A DNA stretch of 64,000 nucleotides, from positions 32,001 through 96,000 of IMG/VR virus record IMGVR_UViG_3300022833_000005, one strand, 5' to 3'. The notes under the pieces are model-generated. The model was not told the origin of the DNA. It saw nothing but the letters and a program-made list of their open reading frames with translations, and did no database searches. A program made the position numbers and the translations under genes. Shown here in pieces: positions 48,100 to 57,900 of this stretch. Numbering within the stretch: position 1 is the stretch's first letter; every line of letters starts with the position of its first letter. This DNA is from a virus.

Positions 48100-49217
48100 T
48101 CAGATGCGTCAACAATTAATTCCTTATAATGAAGTCCATCATTACCATTTTGACCAATAATATTCATACGATTATCATCATCCTCATCAATTTCTATAGG
48201 TGGTGGTACCTCTTCTACAACTTCTTCTATACCTTTGATTGCATTTATTATTTTACGTTTAATTGCATCAAAGAAATCTGGTTCTTCAAGAATCATTTGT
48301 TTAAATTCTTCTAAGTCATATTTGATATCATCAAATGTATATGTTTTACCATATTTACGACCTAATTCAAATTCATGTAATAATTGAAGTGCTTCACCAA
48401 CTCTATCTATACCTATTCCATATATAATTTCAAAATCTACTTTTTTATATGGTGGTGTCATTTTGTTTTTAGTACATCTAACTTTAGTTATGTTACCATA
48501 AACCTCTTGACCTTCTTTAGCTAAACTTCTACTTATTTCTATTCTAACATCTGAATAGAATTTTAAAGCATGACCTCCTTGAGTTGTAGTAGGGTTACCA
48601 AACATTACACCAATCTTTTCTCTATACTGAGATATAACAATTATGCATGTGTTTGTATTATGTGCTATACTTTTTAGCTTTGGATAAGCACTACTATTTA
48701 ATCTAGCTTTCTTACCAATTGCATAATCTCCCACTTCACCATCTAATACAGCTTTAGGGATTAATGAACTATCTGAATCTATAACAATTAGATCTACTTC
48801 ACCACTAGTCATAAGTTCTACAGCAATATTAAATCCTTCTTCACCACAGGATGGTTGAGCTATTAGCATACTTGATGTATCAACACCTAGTTGTTCAAAA
48901 TAGTTTTTATCTACAGCATGTTCACCGTCTATATAAACCACTTTACCACCACTGGCTTGACAACTAGCTACAGCATGTCCACACACTGTAGATTTACCTG
49001 TACCTTCCCAACCCATAAGTTCATACATTTTTCCTTTTACAAAACCACCAACTCCTAATGCAATCCAGTCAAACCCAATGGATCCTGTACTAATTACATC
49101 ATAATCTCCTCCTGTTTTGTCACCTAATGATAATACAGTACCATTACCATATTGTTTGTTTAATCTGTCTAATGCATCTTGAAACTTGTTTCCAGTTTCC
49201 ACTTGTTTTTTTGCCAT
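48096..49217 (-). CDS. recA: RecA recombinase
   Basis: ISTGS, Walker A GWEGTGKST, YIDGEH, IVIDS, GVMFGNPTTTQGGHALKFYS, KNK. Confidence 0.96.
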   Translation of the reverse strand: MAKKQVETGNKFQDALDRLNKQYGNGTVLSLGDKTGGDYDVISTGSIGFDWIALGVGGFVKGKMYELMGWEGTGKSTVCGHAVASCQASGGKVVYIDGEHAVDKNYFEQLGVDTSSMLIAQPSCGEEGFNIAVELMTSGEVDLIVIDSDSSLIPKAVLDGEVGDYAIGKKARLNSSAYPKLKSIAHNTNTCIIVISQYREKIGVMFGNPTTTQGGHALKFYSDVRIEISRSLAKEGQEVYGNITKVRCTKNKMTPPYKKVDFEIIYGIGIDRVGEALQLLHEFELGRKYGKTYTFDDIKYDLEEFKQMILEEPDFFDAIKRKIINAIKGIEEVVEEVPPPIEIDEDDDNRMNIIGQNGNDGLHYKELIVDASE

Positions 49218-49282
49218 TTTCTGTTGTTTTAATTATTAGTAAATATACAATATTTCAGTCTGTTTTTTTAATTTTAAAGCAT

Positions 49283-49315
49283 AAAAAAAGACCCTAGATT
49301 ACTCTAAGGCCTTTT
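49283..49315 (-). terminator. Intrinsic terminator
   Basis: Minus strand ggccttaga-gtaa-tctagggtc followed by T7. Confidence 0.7.
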
Positions 49316-49389
49316 ACAATTAAAAACAGAACAGAAATATTGTAAATTCAAACAAGGTAATAACTTTCGTTATTCATTGTTCAAATGTA
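49283..49389 (-). ncRNA. Candidate sRNA or attenuated leader, about 95 nt
   Basis: TACATTTG box (49382-49389), GAAA tetraloop hairpin, U-rich segment, then a terminator; no ORF. Confidence 0.45.
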
Positions 49390-49459
49390 GATAATGTAAA
49401 ACAAACATCAAAATAATTATCAATGTTTGTTTTATCTTTTTTAATTAAATTACTTATTT

Positions 49460-51088
49460 TTATCCTTCACAACTTGAACATTCTAAAATATTTCTTGCAA
49501 AATCTTGAGCTGAACTCTTACTAAATTGGTAATATAAGGTTTTAACTCCTTCTTCATGTGCATATAAATATAATGAATTAATGTCTTTAGCAGATACAGA
49601 TGGGTCAATCATTAAATTTAAACTTTGAGATTGATCTATAAACTTTTGTCTCTGAGCTGCTTGTAACACTATTTCTTTAGGAGATATCTCAACAAATGAC
49701 TTAAACACCTCTTTAGTAGGAAAATCTAAATGTTGGACTGATCCATCTTTTTGTAATATACTTTTCCAAATAGTAGAAGTATTTAAACCATATTTTTCTA
49801 ATTCCTCTTGTAAATAAGGATTTTTATAAGCAGTTTTTATCTTAGCTAAATCTTTAATAAAGTAATTAGATTTGATTGGTTCAATACCCATAGATGTAGC
49901 ACCTAGTATAAATGAACTTGACTTAGTAGGAGCAATAGCAATAAGAGTGGTATTAGCATACCCATCTCTTAATGACCTCACTTCTCTATGATCATGTAAC
50001 CATTTAGACCCTCTTTCAGTCTTTTCTTTTAGTGTAGTAAATATCTCATGATTTAATCCTTTAGCTTGCAATGAGTCAAACTCAATAAGCTTAGATTGAA
50101 ATAATGAATGATACCCAAGAACACCAACACCAATTGCTCTATGTCTTTCAGCAAATCTATATGCTCTTTTCATTCCTGGCATGTGTTCAGATTTTAAAAT
50201 AAATTCATCCATCACAGCATTTAAGAATAATGTATATGTTTCTATTGCATCAGTGTCTTTAATTTCATCCCAGTGTAACAGGTTGATAGATCCTAAACAA
50301 CAAACAAATGAATGATATGTATCTGTAGGTAATTGTATTTCAGAACATAGATTAGAAGCAGTTATCTCTAAACCTAACTCTTTATAAGGAGAAGTATCAT
50401 TATTAGAATTATCCTTAAACATTATATAAGGAAAACCAAACTCACTTCTTCTTTGAATCACCTTGGCCCATATCTTACGTTTAATTTTATCACCTTTTTT
50501 CATTTCAGCTATCCATTTATCAGTAACTGTAACACCATATTGTAAGTTTTGTATTGGATTACCTTCTGTGCCCATATCTAGAAAATCTAGAATATCTGCA
50601 TGTTCTAATGGTAAATATACAGCACACGCTCCTCTTCTTGCTTCAGATTGTTTACACACATCTACAACAGTATCATATATATTAGCATAATGAATGGGCC
50701 CATCTGCGTGACCACCTGTTGAAATCTTTGTACCTCTAGGTCTAATGTTACCTAAATAAGCAGAAGTTCCTCCACCATATTTAGACATCATTCCTATTTC
50801 ACGTCCTGCATTTAATATGCTATCTAATGAATCATCAACATTACTTCCATAACAACTGATTGGTAATCCCTTTGCTTTACCAAAGTTAATCCAAACAGGA
50901 GTAGATAAAGAATAGAAACCACGTGACATGTAGTCTTCAAACTTTAAAGCAAAACCATCTATCTTTAAATACTTTTCTGCTATAGTAGCAATGTCTTTAA
51001 TTCTTTGTTCAGGTGATTCAGTTATATATCCTCTTGACAAGAATTTACGACTATCATCATTTAGCCAATAATATTTTTTGTATTCCAT
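49460..51088 (-). CDS. nrdA: Ribonucleotide reductase alpha subunit, short form without ATP cone
   Basis: PISC, GGGTS, SNLCSEI, VCCLGS, APTKSSS, DQSQSLN, KTLYY, C-terminal CSSC. Confidence 0.96.
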   Translation of the reverse strand: MEYKKYYWLNDDSRKFLSRGYITESPEQRIKDIATIAEKYLKIDGFALKFEDYMSRGFYSLSTPVWINFGKAKGLPISCYGSNVDDSLDSILNAGREIGMMSKYGGGTSAYLGNIRPRGTKISTGGHADGPIHYANIYDTVVDVCKQSEARRGACAVYLPLEHADILDFLDMGTEGNPIQNLQYGVTVTDKWIAEMKKGDKIKRKIWAKVIQRRSEFGFPYIMFKDNSNNDTSPYKELGLEITASNLCSEIQLPTDTYHSFVCCLGSINLLHWDEIKDTDAIETYTLFLNAVMDEFILKSEHMPGMKRAYRFAERHRAIGVGVLGYHSLFQSKLIEFDSLQAKGLNHEIFTTLKEKTERGSKWLHDHREVRSLRDGYANTTLIAIAPTKSSSFILGATSMGIEPIKSNYFIKDLAKIKTAYKNPYLQEELEKYGLNTSTIWKSILQKDGSVQHLDFPTKEVFKSFVEISPKEIVLQAAQRQKFIDQSQSLNLMIDPSVSAKDINSLYLYAHEEGVKTLYYQFSKSSAQDFARNILECSSCEG

Positions 51089-51097
51089 AATGTTAAT

Positions 51098-52078
51098 TTA
51101 AAATAAGTCATCAGCTGTGATGCTTTTGTTTTTCTTGTTATAATCCACTTGTTTTTTATAAAAGAAATCACCTTCTTTTGTTGCAGTGATTTCTATATTG
51201 AACCATTCAGTCTGTTCTAATAATTCATGGTTCACATCAAATATGGTTTCCATTCCAATTTTAGTAAGTGAATTATTAAATCTATCTCTAATAAAGTGTT
51301 GAATAGTTTCTTTAGATAGAAAGCTTAATTCCCCTTTTTCAAAAATCCAATCTAATATATCACATTCAGCTACGTAAGCTTTCATGCATGCAGAATAAAT
51401 TAAGTCTTCAAATTCTTTATCAAACCATTCTGGGTTCTCTTTCTTAATAATGTTAATTATCTCTGCTCCAAAGTTACCATGAATTTCCTCTTCTTTAGAT
51501 GTTGCCTCTACAACATTAGAAATTCCTTTAAAAAGGTTTAATTCCTTATTGAAAGACATCATTATAAGAAATTGACTAAACAAGCTTACATGCTCTATAA
51601 ATAGAGAAAATAGCAATACAGATTTTGTATACATCTTATCATCTCTACTTCTTGTACCATCTAGGTACTTCTTTAAATATTTTATTCTACCAGCAATAGC
51701 AGGTACATCAACTACAGTTTCAAATTCTTTTTCAAGTCCAAGTATTCTTAATAATTGTGCATATGCATCTTTATGTCTTACTTCAGATTCTGCAAATGTC
51801 ATTCCAACATCCCCAACTTCTGTAATAGGCATACGTTTATACATATCAGCCCAGAAAGTTTTAACACTAACTTCTATTTGAGCAATTGAAAGCATTGTCT
51901 TTTTAATAACATCTCTTTCTTTAGGCGTAATAGTAACTTTAAAATCTTGAATGTCCTCTGTAAAATTAAATTCTGTGTGTATCCAATATGAATGTCTTAT
52001 TGCATTTTTATATGCTAATAATTGTGGATATTCATAAGGTAAAATATTTACTCTTGGTTTAAATATGTTTTTGCTCAT
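51098..52078 (-). CDS. nrdB: Ribonucleotide reductase beta subunit, class Id (NrdBi)-like
   Basis: AQIEVSVKTFW, ESEVRHKDAY, IEHVSLFSQF, KEEEIH, DFF. Confidence 0.93.
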   Translation of the reverse strand: MSKNIFKPRVNILPYEYPQLLAYKNAIRHSYWIHTEFNFTEDIQDFKVTITPKERDVIKKTMLSIAQIEVSVKTFWADMYKRMPITEVGDVGMTFAESEVRHKDAYAQLLRILGLEKEFETVVDVPAIAGRIKYLKKYLDGTRSRDDKMYTKSVLLFSLFIEHVSLFSQFLIMMSFNKELNLFKGISNVVEATSKEEEIHGNFGAEIINIIKKENPEWFDKEFEDLIYSACMKAYVAECDILDWIFEKGELSFLSKETIQHFIRDRFNNSLTKIGMETIFDVNHELLEQTEWFNIEITATKEGDFFYKKQVDYNKKNKSITADDLF

Positions 52079-52419
52079 ACTTCTATAGTGTTTCCGTATT
52101 TATCTAAGTTTAAGGTTAATAATCGTTGTTCCACTTCAAATTCCACTTTTAAAATAAGAATAATATCTTTTTCTATCTGCTCATGTATAATTCTTCCTAA
52201 CATAGGGCTAAATAAATAATCAAGATTTGTGTCCATTCTAGGTATTCCATGAATAGTTGATATTTCTTTATATTTAAAACCTTCTATTTTTCTAAGATCT
52301 TTAAATATTTGATTCAAATATTGTACTACTGAGGGAACTTCTATATTAAGACCATCTCCTGAATCTGATAGATCTAATAAATCTATATGAGCTTCGTTAA
52401 ATTCTTTAGTTGTTTTCAT
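52075..52419 (-). CDS. Hypothetical protein
   Basis: 114-aa ORF, stop overlaps the nrdB start. Confidence 0.6.
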   Translation of the reverse strand: MKTTKEFNEAHIDLLDLSDSGDGLNIEVPSVVQYLNQIFKDLRKIEGFKYKEISTIHGIPRMDTNLDYLFSPMLGRIIHEQIEKDIILILKVEFEVEQRLLTLNLDKYGNTIEV

Positions 52420-52422
52420 AAT

Positions 52423-52587
52423 TTAAGTTGTTGTTTGATACCAATAATCTAAAGTTAATGTACCTTCATGTTCTAAATTTAAAGGTTTGTTATTCTCTGA
52501 AATTTTGGTAATAATTAAATCAGCTTCTTCTGATGATATATGATTTTGACTTAGCAAATCTACTATAATTTTTCCAATTGTTCTCAT
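52423..52587 (-). CDS. Unlisted 54-aa hypothetical protein (MRTIGKIIVDLL...)
   Basis: Manual translation fills the gap exactly. Confidence 0.6.
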   Translation of the reverse strand: MRTIGKIIVDLLSQNHISSEEADLIITKISENNKPLNLEHEGTLTLDYWYQTTT

Positions 52588-52991
52588 GGTTCAGGTTCTA
52601 ATTCGTTAAGTTTTATAACTTCTTCAACTTCAGGAGTTAATTGTAACTCAAGCATTGAAAGGCCTTCTAACATTGCTAATTCTTCTATAACAATTCTTGG
52701 AAGCCATTCAGATTTTGCTCTAACATCATTCATTGTATACTTAAATAAACCATCTTTAGATACAAATCCTATATATATATTACTTGCATCAAATAAATCT
52801 ATTAAACTTCTAGGACTTCCATTAATTAAAATTTCTAATTGAGAATCATTTATACCTAAACTTAAAACAGCTTCTTTATAATGATCATCTTCTTCAAATC
52901 CTTCAAATGATTTTATCATTTTATTTAGAAACCATTCTCTCATGGCTTCTTTACCCAATGGGTATTTTTCTAATACTTTTTTTGCTTTCAT
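52584..52991 (-). CDS. Hypothetical protein
   Basis: 135-aa ORF. Confidence 0.6.
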   Translation of the reverse strand: MKAKKVLEKYPLGKEAMREWFLNKMIKSFEGFEEDDHYKEAVLSLGINDSQLEILINGSPRSLIDLFDASNIYIGFVSKDGLFKYTMNDVRAKSEWLPRIVIEELAMLEGLSMLELQLTPEVEEVIKLNELEPEP

Positions 52992-54152
52992 AATTTATTT
53001 CTTTCTAGTATATTAATTAATGTAATAACATCTTTAATGTCTGTTATTGCAATATCTTCATTATAAAATATTTGAACATTCCAATTATCATTTTTATACT
53101 CATTATTAGCATTAGTCATTAAACACATGCTACCAATATTATAAGTATAATAATAATAAGCCTCAGCTCCTGATTCTTCTATAGTTACATCAGTTCTATT
53201 AAATTTCAAGTCTATTAAATCCTGTTCTTTCATTTTATTATTTTTTACAAGTACATTTTTTTCCACAATCAGCATATTCTTGCATCCATTCTGCAATTTT
53301 ACTATTCACATCAGCATACACTCCAAATGTTATAAAGTGTTCATTTTGTTTTTTGTCTAAAAATTCTTTTGCTGTCATAATTTATTTATTCTATTAAATC
53401 ATCCATATTAATACCATATTCTTCCATTAGTTCACCTAATGCTTCTTTGTAGTTGCTTAAATTAAAAGCATCTTCATCATGTTTCCATTTCCTCCAAAAG
53501 TTATGTTTTAGTTCCCAAATGAAACTTGCCATGTCTGAAGATTTAACACATCTAAGGTGTGATTTTAAATCTTCTGGATTATCTAAATCAAATTCTAATA
53601 TTGCTTTCATAATTTATTTATTTCTTGTTTAACTTCTTGCCAATATTTAATTCCTTTAGGATATCCCTCACATTCTTCTAACATTAAGTCTACAAAAATT
53701 AAAGCACATTCTTTAACAAATCTTTTAGGTGTTGAATATTCCAACGCATTATCAATTTTATCTAATAATTCTTTTACTTTGTCTTTTGCTTCCATAATTT
53801 AGTCTAAAAATATCTTTAATGTTTGACCATCATCCTGTACTGAGAAATCTAAATTATTAAAATGTCCTAGCTTTTTATATAAAGTTAATAAGCGTCCAAC
53901 CGGTTTATCATTTTTAGCATGATTTATAATTTCTAATCTATTTAATTTTTTTATATCTATTTTCATAAGTTTATTTTATTAAGTATATACAAACTATTAG
54001 TTTGTAAATTGAGTTATTTAAGTAATAATTAATTCCCATTTTAACCAACCCACAATAAATTCATAATTACCATTAAGAAATTTATTATGAGTTATTTTTA
54101 TAAAGGGAAAAATATAAACCTGTCCGTATACTAAACTTGTTTCTATTTTCAT
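52988..54152 (-). CDS. Cluster of six small, tightly packed hypothetical genes (52988-53233, 53238-53378, 53386-53610, 53607-53795, about 53799-53966, about 54018-54152)
   Basis: ORF track plus manual translation of ORFs under 60 aa, each with an AT-rich leader. Confidence 0.55.
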
Positions 54153-54164
54153 AATTTATAAATA

Positions 54165-54425
54165 TTAAGTTAGAAGAGCTAATGCTTCGTATAAAACTTT
54201 TAAGGGAACCATTATATTATTTCCAGTTCTTGGATCTGTGATTAGAAAACCAAAACTCCCTTCTATTTTCGGGTTTTCAATTGTTTCTATCTCAATGCCA
54301 AATTCTTTACTTACATACATTATTGGGTTTAATTCTCTATACCCTTCCATAAAAGCAGTAGCTTCTTTTTCTTAAAATGGGTATTTTTCTTTTGCCATTG
54401 TGTTAAGTCTTTCTTTTGAAATCAT
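54165..54425 (-). pseudogene. Small gene interrupted by an in-frame TAA (54372-54374)
   Basis: MISKERLNTMAKEKYPF*EKEATAFMEGYREL... in a single frame. Confidence 0.55.
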
Positions 54426-54454
54426 AATTTGTTATTTATTTGTTTAAGTTATTA

Positions 54455-54761
54455 GCACCATCTATAATAGCATACTCACACTGTCTAAAAAATAGAGCTT
54501 GTGCATAACTTCTATTATAAATGGTCACGAGATAATATCACGTTTTCACAACCTCTTTCAGAAGGTCTATTATCTCTTGCTGTAAACTCCTAAGTGTATT
54601 ACTGAGAGGGTATAGTTTTCACACTAGTTCTATAACTTCAAGCTTTTTATCCAACATATTACAATACAGTTGGTACATTTGATAGATTTAATATGTGTTA
54701 CTAGGACACATTAGCGAGTAACTTAAAAGCTTATCCATACTTATAATTTTATATTCTATCT
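54455..54761 (-). ncRNA. Candidate multi-stem structured RNA
   Basis: ORF-free about 300 nt with at least five stems; a plus-strand C/A mismatch becomes G-U on the minus strand. Confidence 0.5.
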
Positions 54762-54787
54762 TCTAATATTTTACGAGCTGGTCGGTT

Positions 54788-55018
54788 TCAGTTCTCTTTA
54801 AACCCTATAATATTTTTACTTTCTAAGGATATTGCTAAAATAGTTTTGTCATTTTCATCTTTTCCTATTTCAGTATTTAAAGTTAAGTTTTTACTTTTTA
54901 AAAAGCTTAAAACTTCAGTTAATTCACTGTTCATGTGATTAATAAATAAATCTTTAAAAATTAACTGATGTTTATGATTTTTCATCTCATCTGATGATAT
55001 TAAAAGTACTAAAGCCAT
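54788..55018 (-). CDS. Hypothetical protein between two copies of an RNA motif
   Basis: 76-aa ORF. Confidence 0.5.
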   Translation of the reverse strand: MALVLLISSDEMKNHKHQLIFKDLFINHMNSELTEVLSFLKSKNLTLNTEIGKDENDKTILAISLESKNIIGFKEN

Positions 55019-55046
55019 AATGTTTAAGTTTAAAAATTAATAAAAA

Positions 55047-55194
55047 ACTACACTCATTTTTCAACCTGTTGAGTGTAGTATAATAGATTTAATATGTAGA
55101 GCTAACTGTTCAATGGGCCTTATTCAGGTAACCAATTATAGTAGTTAGTCTTAAAAAGAGTCAATTCTCTGATACTACAATTTATATTCTATCT
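55047..55194 (-). ncRNA. Second copy of the structured motif plus a terminator-like hairpin
   Basis: Ends shared with 54682-54761; hairpin actacactca...tgagtgtagt followed by a T tract on the minus strand. Confidence 0.5.
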
Positions 55195-55287
55195 TTATTT
55201 AGTGATTATTTTTACTCAGACTATTACTTACGCTTTTACTCTGACTATTCTTCATCACTTGGTCATAGGTTTAACCATTTTAATTCT

Positions 55288-55851
55288 TTAATATGGATAT
55301 TTTAAAATTTCTTTTACATCTTCTATACAAAGAATTTCTTCTTCTTCATAATAACCTGACCATACTTCTTGATCATCTTCCCAATCAACACCCACTTTAC
55401 TTTCCCAATATTCTATTAAGTCAGGAGATCTAGTGAACACTCTATGTTGAAGAGATACTTCATCTCTATGTAAACCGTTCTTTTTAATCTTAATCACCTT
55501 TGGAAATAGTTTTTGAAAATCTTTAGAAGTTTTAGAATATAAACCAGTTTTAACAATGTTAAAATCTTTTCTATATTTTGGATCTAATTTATAGATAATT
55601 ACAACAAAACCTCCAGAATAATCATAGTCTTCTATAATTTGTTCTGATCTTTCATATTCATTATCTATAAACTCTCTAAACTTTGGTATATCTGTAGGAA
55701 GAAACAAGAGATAAATAGCATCTTCATATTGAATATCTCTATCTACATCTTTAATGTAAGCATTTACAAAATTATTTTCCCTAAGTTCCCCACTGGGTAT
55801 CTTTAATGTAGGGACTGCAAATATACTAGTTATTGTTTTCTTTATGTTCAT
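55288..55851 (-). CDS. Hypothetical protein of the replication module
   Basis: 187-aa ORF coupled to the exonuclease gene. Confidence 0.6.
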   Translation of the reverse strand: MNIKKTITSIFAVPTLKIPSGELRENNFVNAYIKDVDRDIQYEDAIYLLFLPTDIPKFREFIDNEYERSEQIIEDYDYSGGFVVIIYKLDPKYRKDFNIVKTGLYSKTSKDFQKLFPKVIKIKKNGLHRDEVSLQHRVFTRSPDLIEYWESKVGVDWEDDQEVWSGYYEEEEILCIEDVKEILKYPY

Positions 55852-56695
55852 CTATATCTAATATATTTAACTCTTTTTGAGTGTATAACTTTAAAATCTT
55901 ATAATAAAGCCTAATTTGTTTCTTAGCCTCTATAAAATCTCCTTTATTTGATTTCAAATAAGCTTGAAATACAGCTTTAGTAAATTGATAATCTGTCATA
56001 TCTAAATGCATATTATCTTTACACCAAGCTTGTCCAACTCTATAAGCTCCAGAAACTCCGTCTGAACTATCTCCAATTACTATTTGAGATGCAATTGCTA
56101 GTCTACTTTCTTTCTTAGATATATTTTTAAATTCACCTAATATTTCACCATAGCTTCTATAGTTATAATAAGGAACATCAGGGCAATTATAAAATACATC
56201 TTTATCAATAGAGGATACTACACAATTACCTTCACTTAGAATCATAGCATCATAAACATAATCATCAGCTTCAGCTCCATGAGAAGGAATAGCTTCTAAT
56301 TCTTCTAACATATAATCTTTAATAATAGGAAGCAGTGGACTTTTGATAGTTTTTGCCCTGTTAATTTTGTAATTTGGAAACACTTTATATCTAAAGTTAT
56401 TCTTACCTGCTACAAAAATATATGTTTTCTGTATGTTAAACCATTCTTCTACATTATTTTGGATCTCTTGAAGTTTAGTTCTAGTTCTATATTTAGCTTC
56501 TTCTAATTGTTCAATCTCAGTAGGGAATTCTATTAAAGAATCTTCAGGGAAATATGTAGCAAAATACATAATACTATCTGCATCAATTATCAATACTCTT
56601 TTAGTATCATCAAATTTAACAGGAGCCCCTTTAACAGATTTAGTAATTATATCAGCTAATTCTACATTACCTTCTCGTTTTATACCAGCTATCAT
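55826..56695 (-). CDS. 5'-3' exonuclease (T7 gp6/FEN-like)
   Basis: IIDADS, NFRY...YKINR, EADD, SIDKD, GDSSDGVSG. Confidence 0.88.
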   Translation of the reverse strand: MIAGIKREGNVELADIITKSVKGAPVKFDDTKRVLIIDADSIMYFATYFPEDSLIEFPTEIEQLEEAKYRTRTKLQEIQNNVEEWFNIQKTYIFVAGKNNFRYKVFPNYKINRAKTIKSPLLPIIKDYMLEELEAIPSHGAEADDYVYDAMILSEGNCVVSSIDKDVFYNCPDVPYYNYRSYGEILGEFKNISKKESRLAIASQIVIGDSSDGVSGAYRVGQAWCKDNMHLDMTDYQFTKAVFQAYLKSNKGDFIEAKKQIRLYYKILKLYTQKELNILDIDEHKENNN

Positions 56696-56934
56696 AATTG
56701 CTTTTTTTCAAGATGTTCGATTTCTGTTTGTAAATAGATTAAAGCTTTATTTAAATCTAATAATTTATCGTTGTTATCTTCTTTACCTGCATCAATAACA
56801 TATTTAATTACACTTCCACTAGCAAAACGTACATTGAAGAGATGACATATATCAATCACTTCTAAATTCTTAGAGGAAGGTCTGTGATATTTTGGTTCAG
56901 TTAGATTTCTTATTGTTTTTATATCTAATTCCAT
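56692..56934 (-). CDS. DUF3310-like protein
   Basis: PKYH..EVIDI..F..G.VIKY...AGK...DLNKA..YL. Confidence 0.7.
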   Translation of the reverse strand: MELDIKTIRNLTEPKYHRPSSKNLEVIDICHLFNVRFASGSVIKYVIDAGKEDNNDKLLDLNKALIYLQTEIEHLEKKQL

Positions 56935-56952
56935 AATTTAGGTTTTTAATAA

Positions 56953-57486
56953 TTAATATGATACTACAGCAAATATTTCCCATTCACCGTCTTTTTCAGT
57001 GGTTGAAGGTTTATACTTAATTTCAGCCACTTTAGCTTCTTGTTTAATAAGATGTTTCTCAATAACAATTGTAAGTTTAGCTTTTGGATTGTTTTCTACG
57101 TGAATCCTTGCCTTTCTTATTACCTCTGCTTGACTTTCATCTTTAATTGACATATAATGTTCAGTTTCATAACGACTGCTTTTAGCTACGTACATAGTAA
57201 CCCACTTTCTTGCACCTTTATTAGGAAATCTATCAACAGTAGTTTTAACTGTATTGGTGTTAACTTTTGGTTGTCTGATGCATTTTGCTATAGCACCACT
57301 ACCTTTACTAAGGTCATCTGTATCATCATAACTTTTAGATGATACTTCTCTTACACTAGGACAATTGTTCCAACCACCACTGTAATAATCATTACCATGT
57401 TCTTGTCTATCTATTTCTTGTAATCTTTTGAAAGCTTCCTGTAGAGTTCTTCCACTAATTGTCTGTCTTTTTAATATTCCTCCCAT
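56953..57486 (-). CDS. Hypothetical protein
   Basis: 177-aa ORF. Confidence 0.6.
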   Translation of the reverse strand: MGGILKRQTISGRTLQEAFKRLQEIDRQEHGNDYYSGGWNNCPSVREVSSKSYDDTDDLSKGSGAIAKCIRQPKVNTNTVKTTVDRFPNKGARKWVTMYVAKSSRYETEHYMSIKDESQAEVIRKARIHVENNPKAKLTIVIEKHLIKQEAKVAEIKYKPSTTEKDGEWEIFAVVSY

Positions 57487-57883
57487 TTTTAAGTTTTTTT
57501 AATTGTTTTTCTAAATTTGTTTTTTCATCATGACATTTTGTACACAACACCTGTAAATTTTCTTGTTCACAAAACAATCTTTCAATAAAGCCTGGTAGAT
57601 CTCCAGAAGAGTTTAAAGAACCTGCTGGTATTATGTGATCTACATTTATAAATTTGTCAGCAAAATACTCATTACAGCTGTTACATTTATATTCAAACTT
57701 TTGACGTTTATTTAATCCTTTGTACTTTCTTTTTACAAGTTGTTTACATTCACTAATTGGTTTCCACCATCTACTTTTTTGTCTAAGTGCACTTCTAATC
57801 ATAGACCAGAATGCTGATTCTGTCATTGTTCCAGCATTTCTTACTTTAGGTGTTTTTGATTTTACTACTTTTTTTGGATTCAT
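57455..57883 (-). CDS. HNH endonuclease
   Basis: CNSC, VDHIIP, NLQVLC..CH..KT. Confidence 0.88.
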   Translation of the reverse strand: MNPKKVVKSKTPKVRNAGTMTESAFWSMIRSALRQKSRWWKPISECKQLVKRKYKGLNKRQKFEYKCNSCNEYFADKFINVDHIIPAGSLNSSGDLPGFIERLFCEQENLQVLCTKCHDEKTNLEKQLKKLKNGRNIKKTDN

Positions 57884-57900
57884 AATTTTATTAATTAAAA

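Noticed and set aside
48096-52078. Introns or inteins in recA/nrdA/nrdB
   Set aside because: The genes are continuous, of normal or short length, with no splicing motifs seen
54960-55020. CTGATGA hammerhead-like core
   Set aside because: No correctly placed GAAA or flanking stems, and it lies within an ORF on the other strand
54430-55280. tRNA genes
   Set aside because: No cloverleaf or GTTCRA T-arm found by eye here or elsewhere; tRNAscan-SE would be needed to exclude them fully
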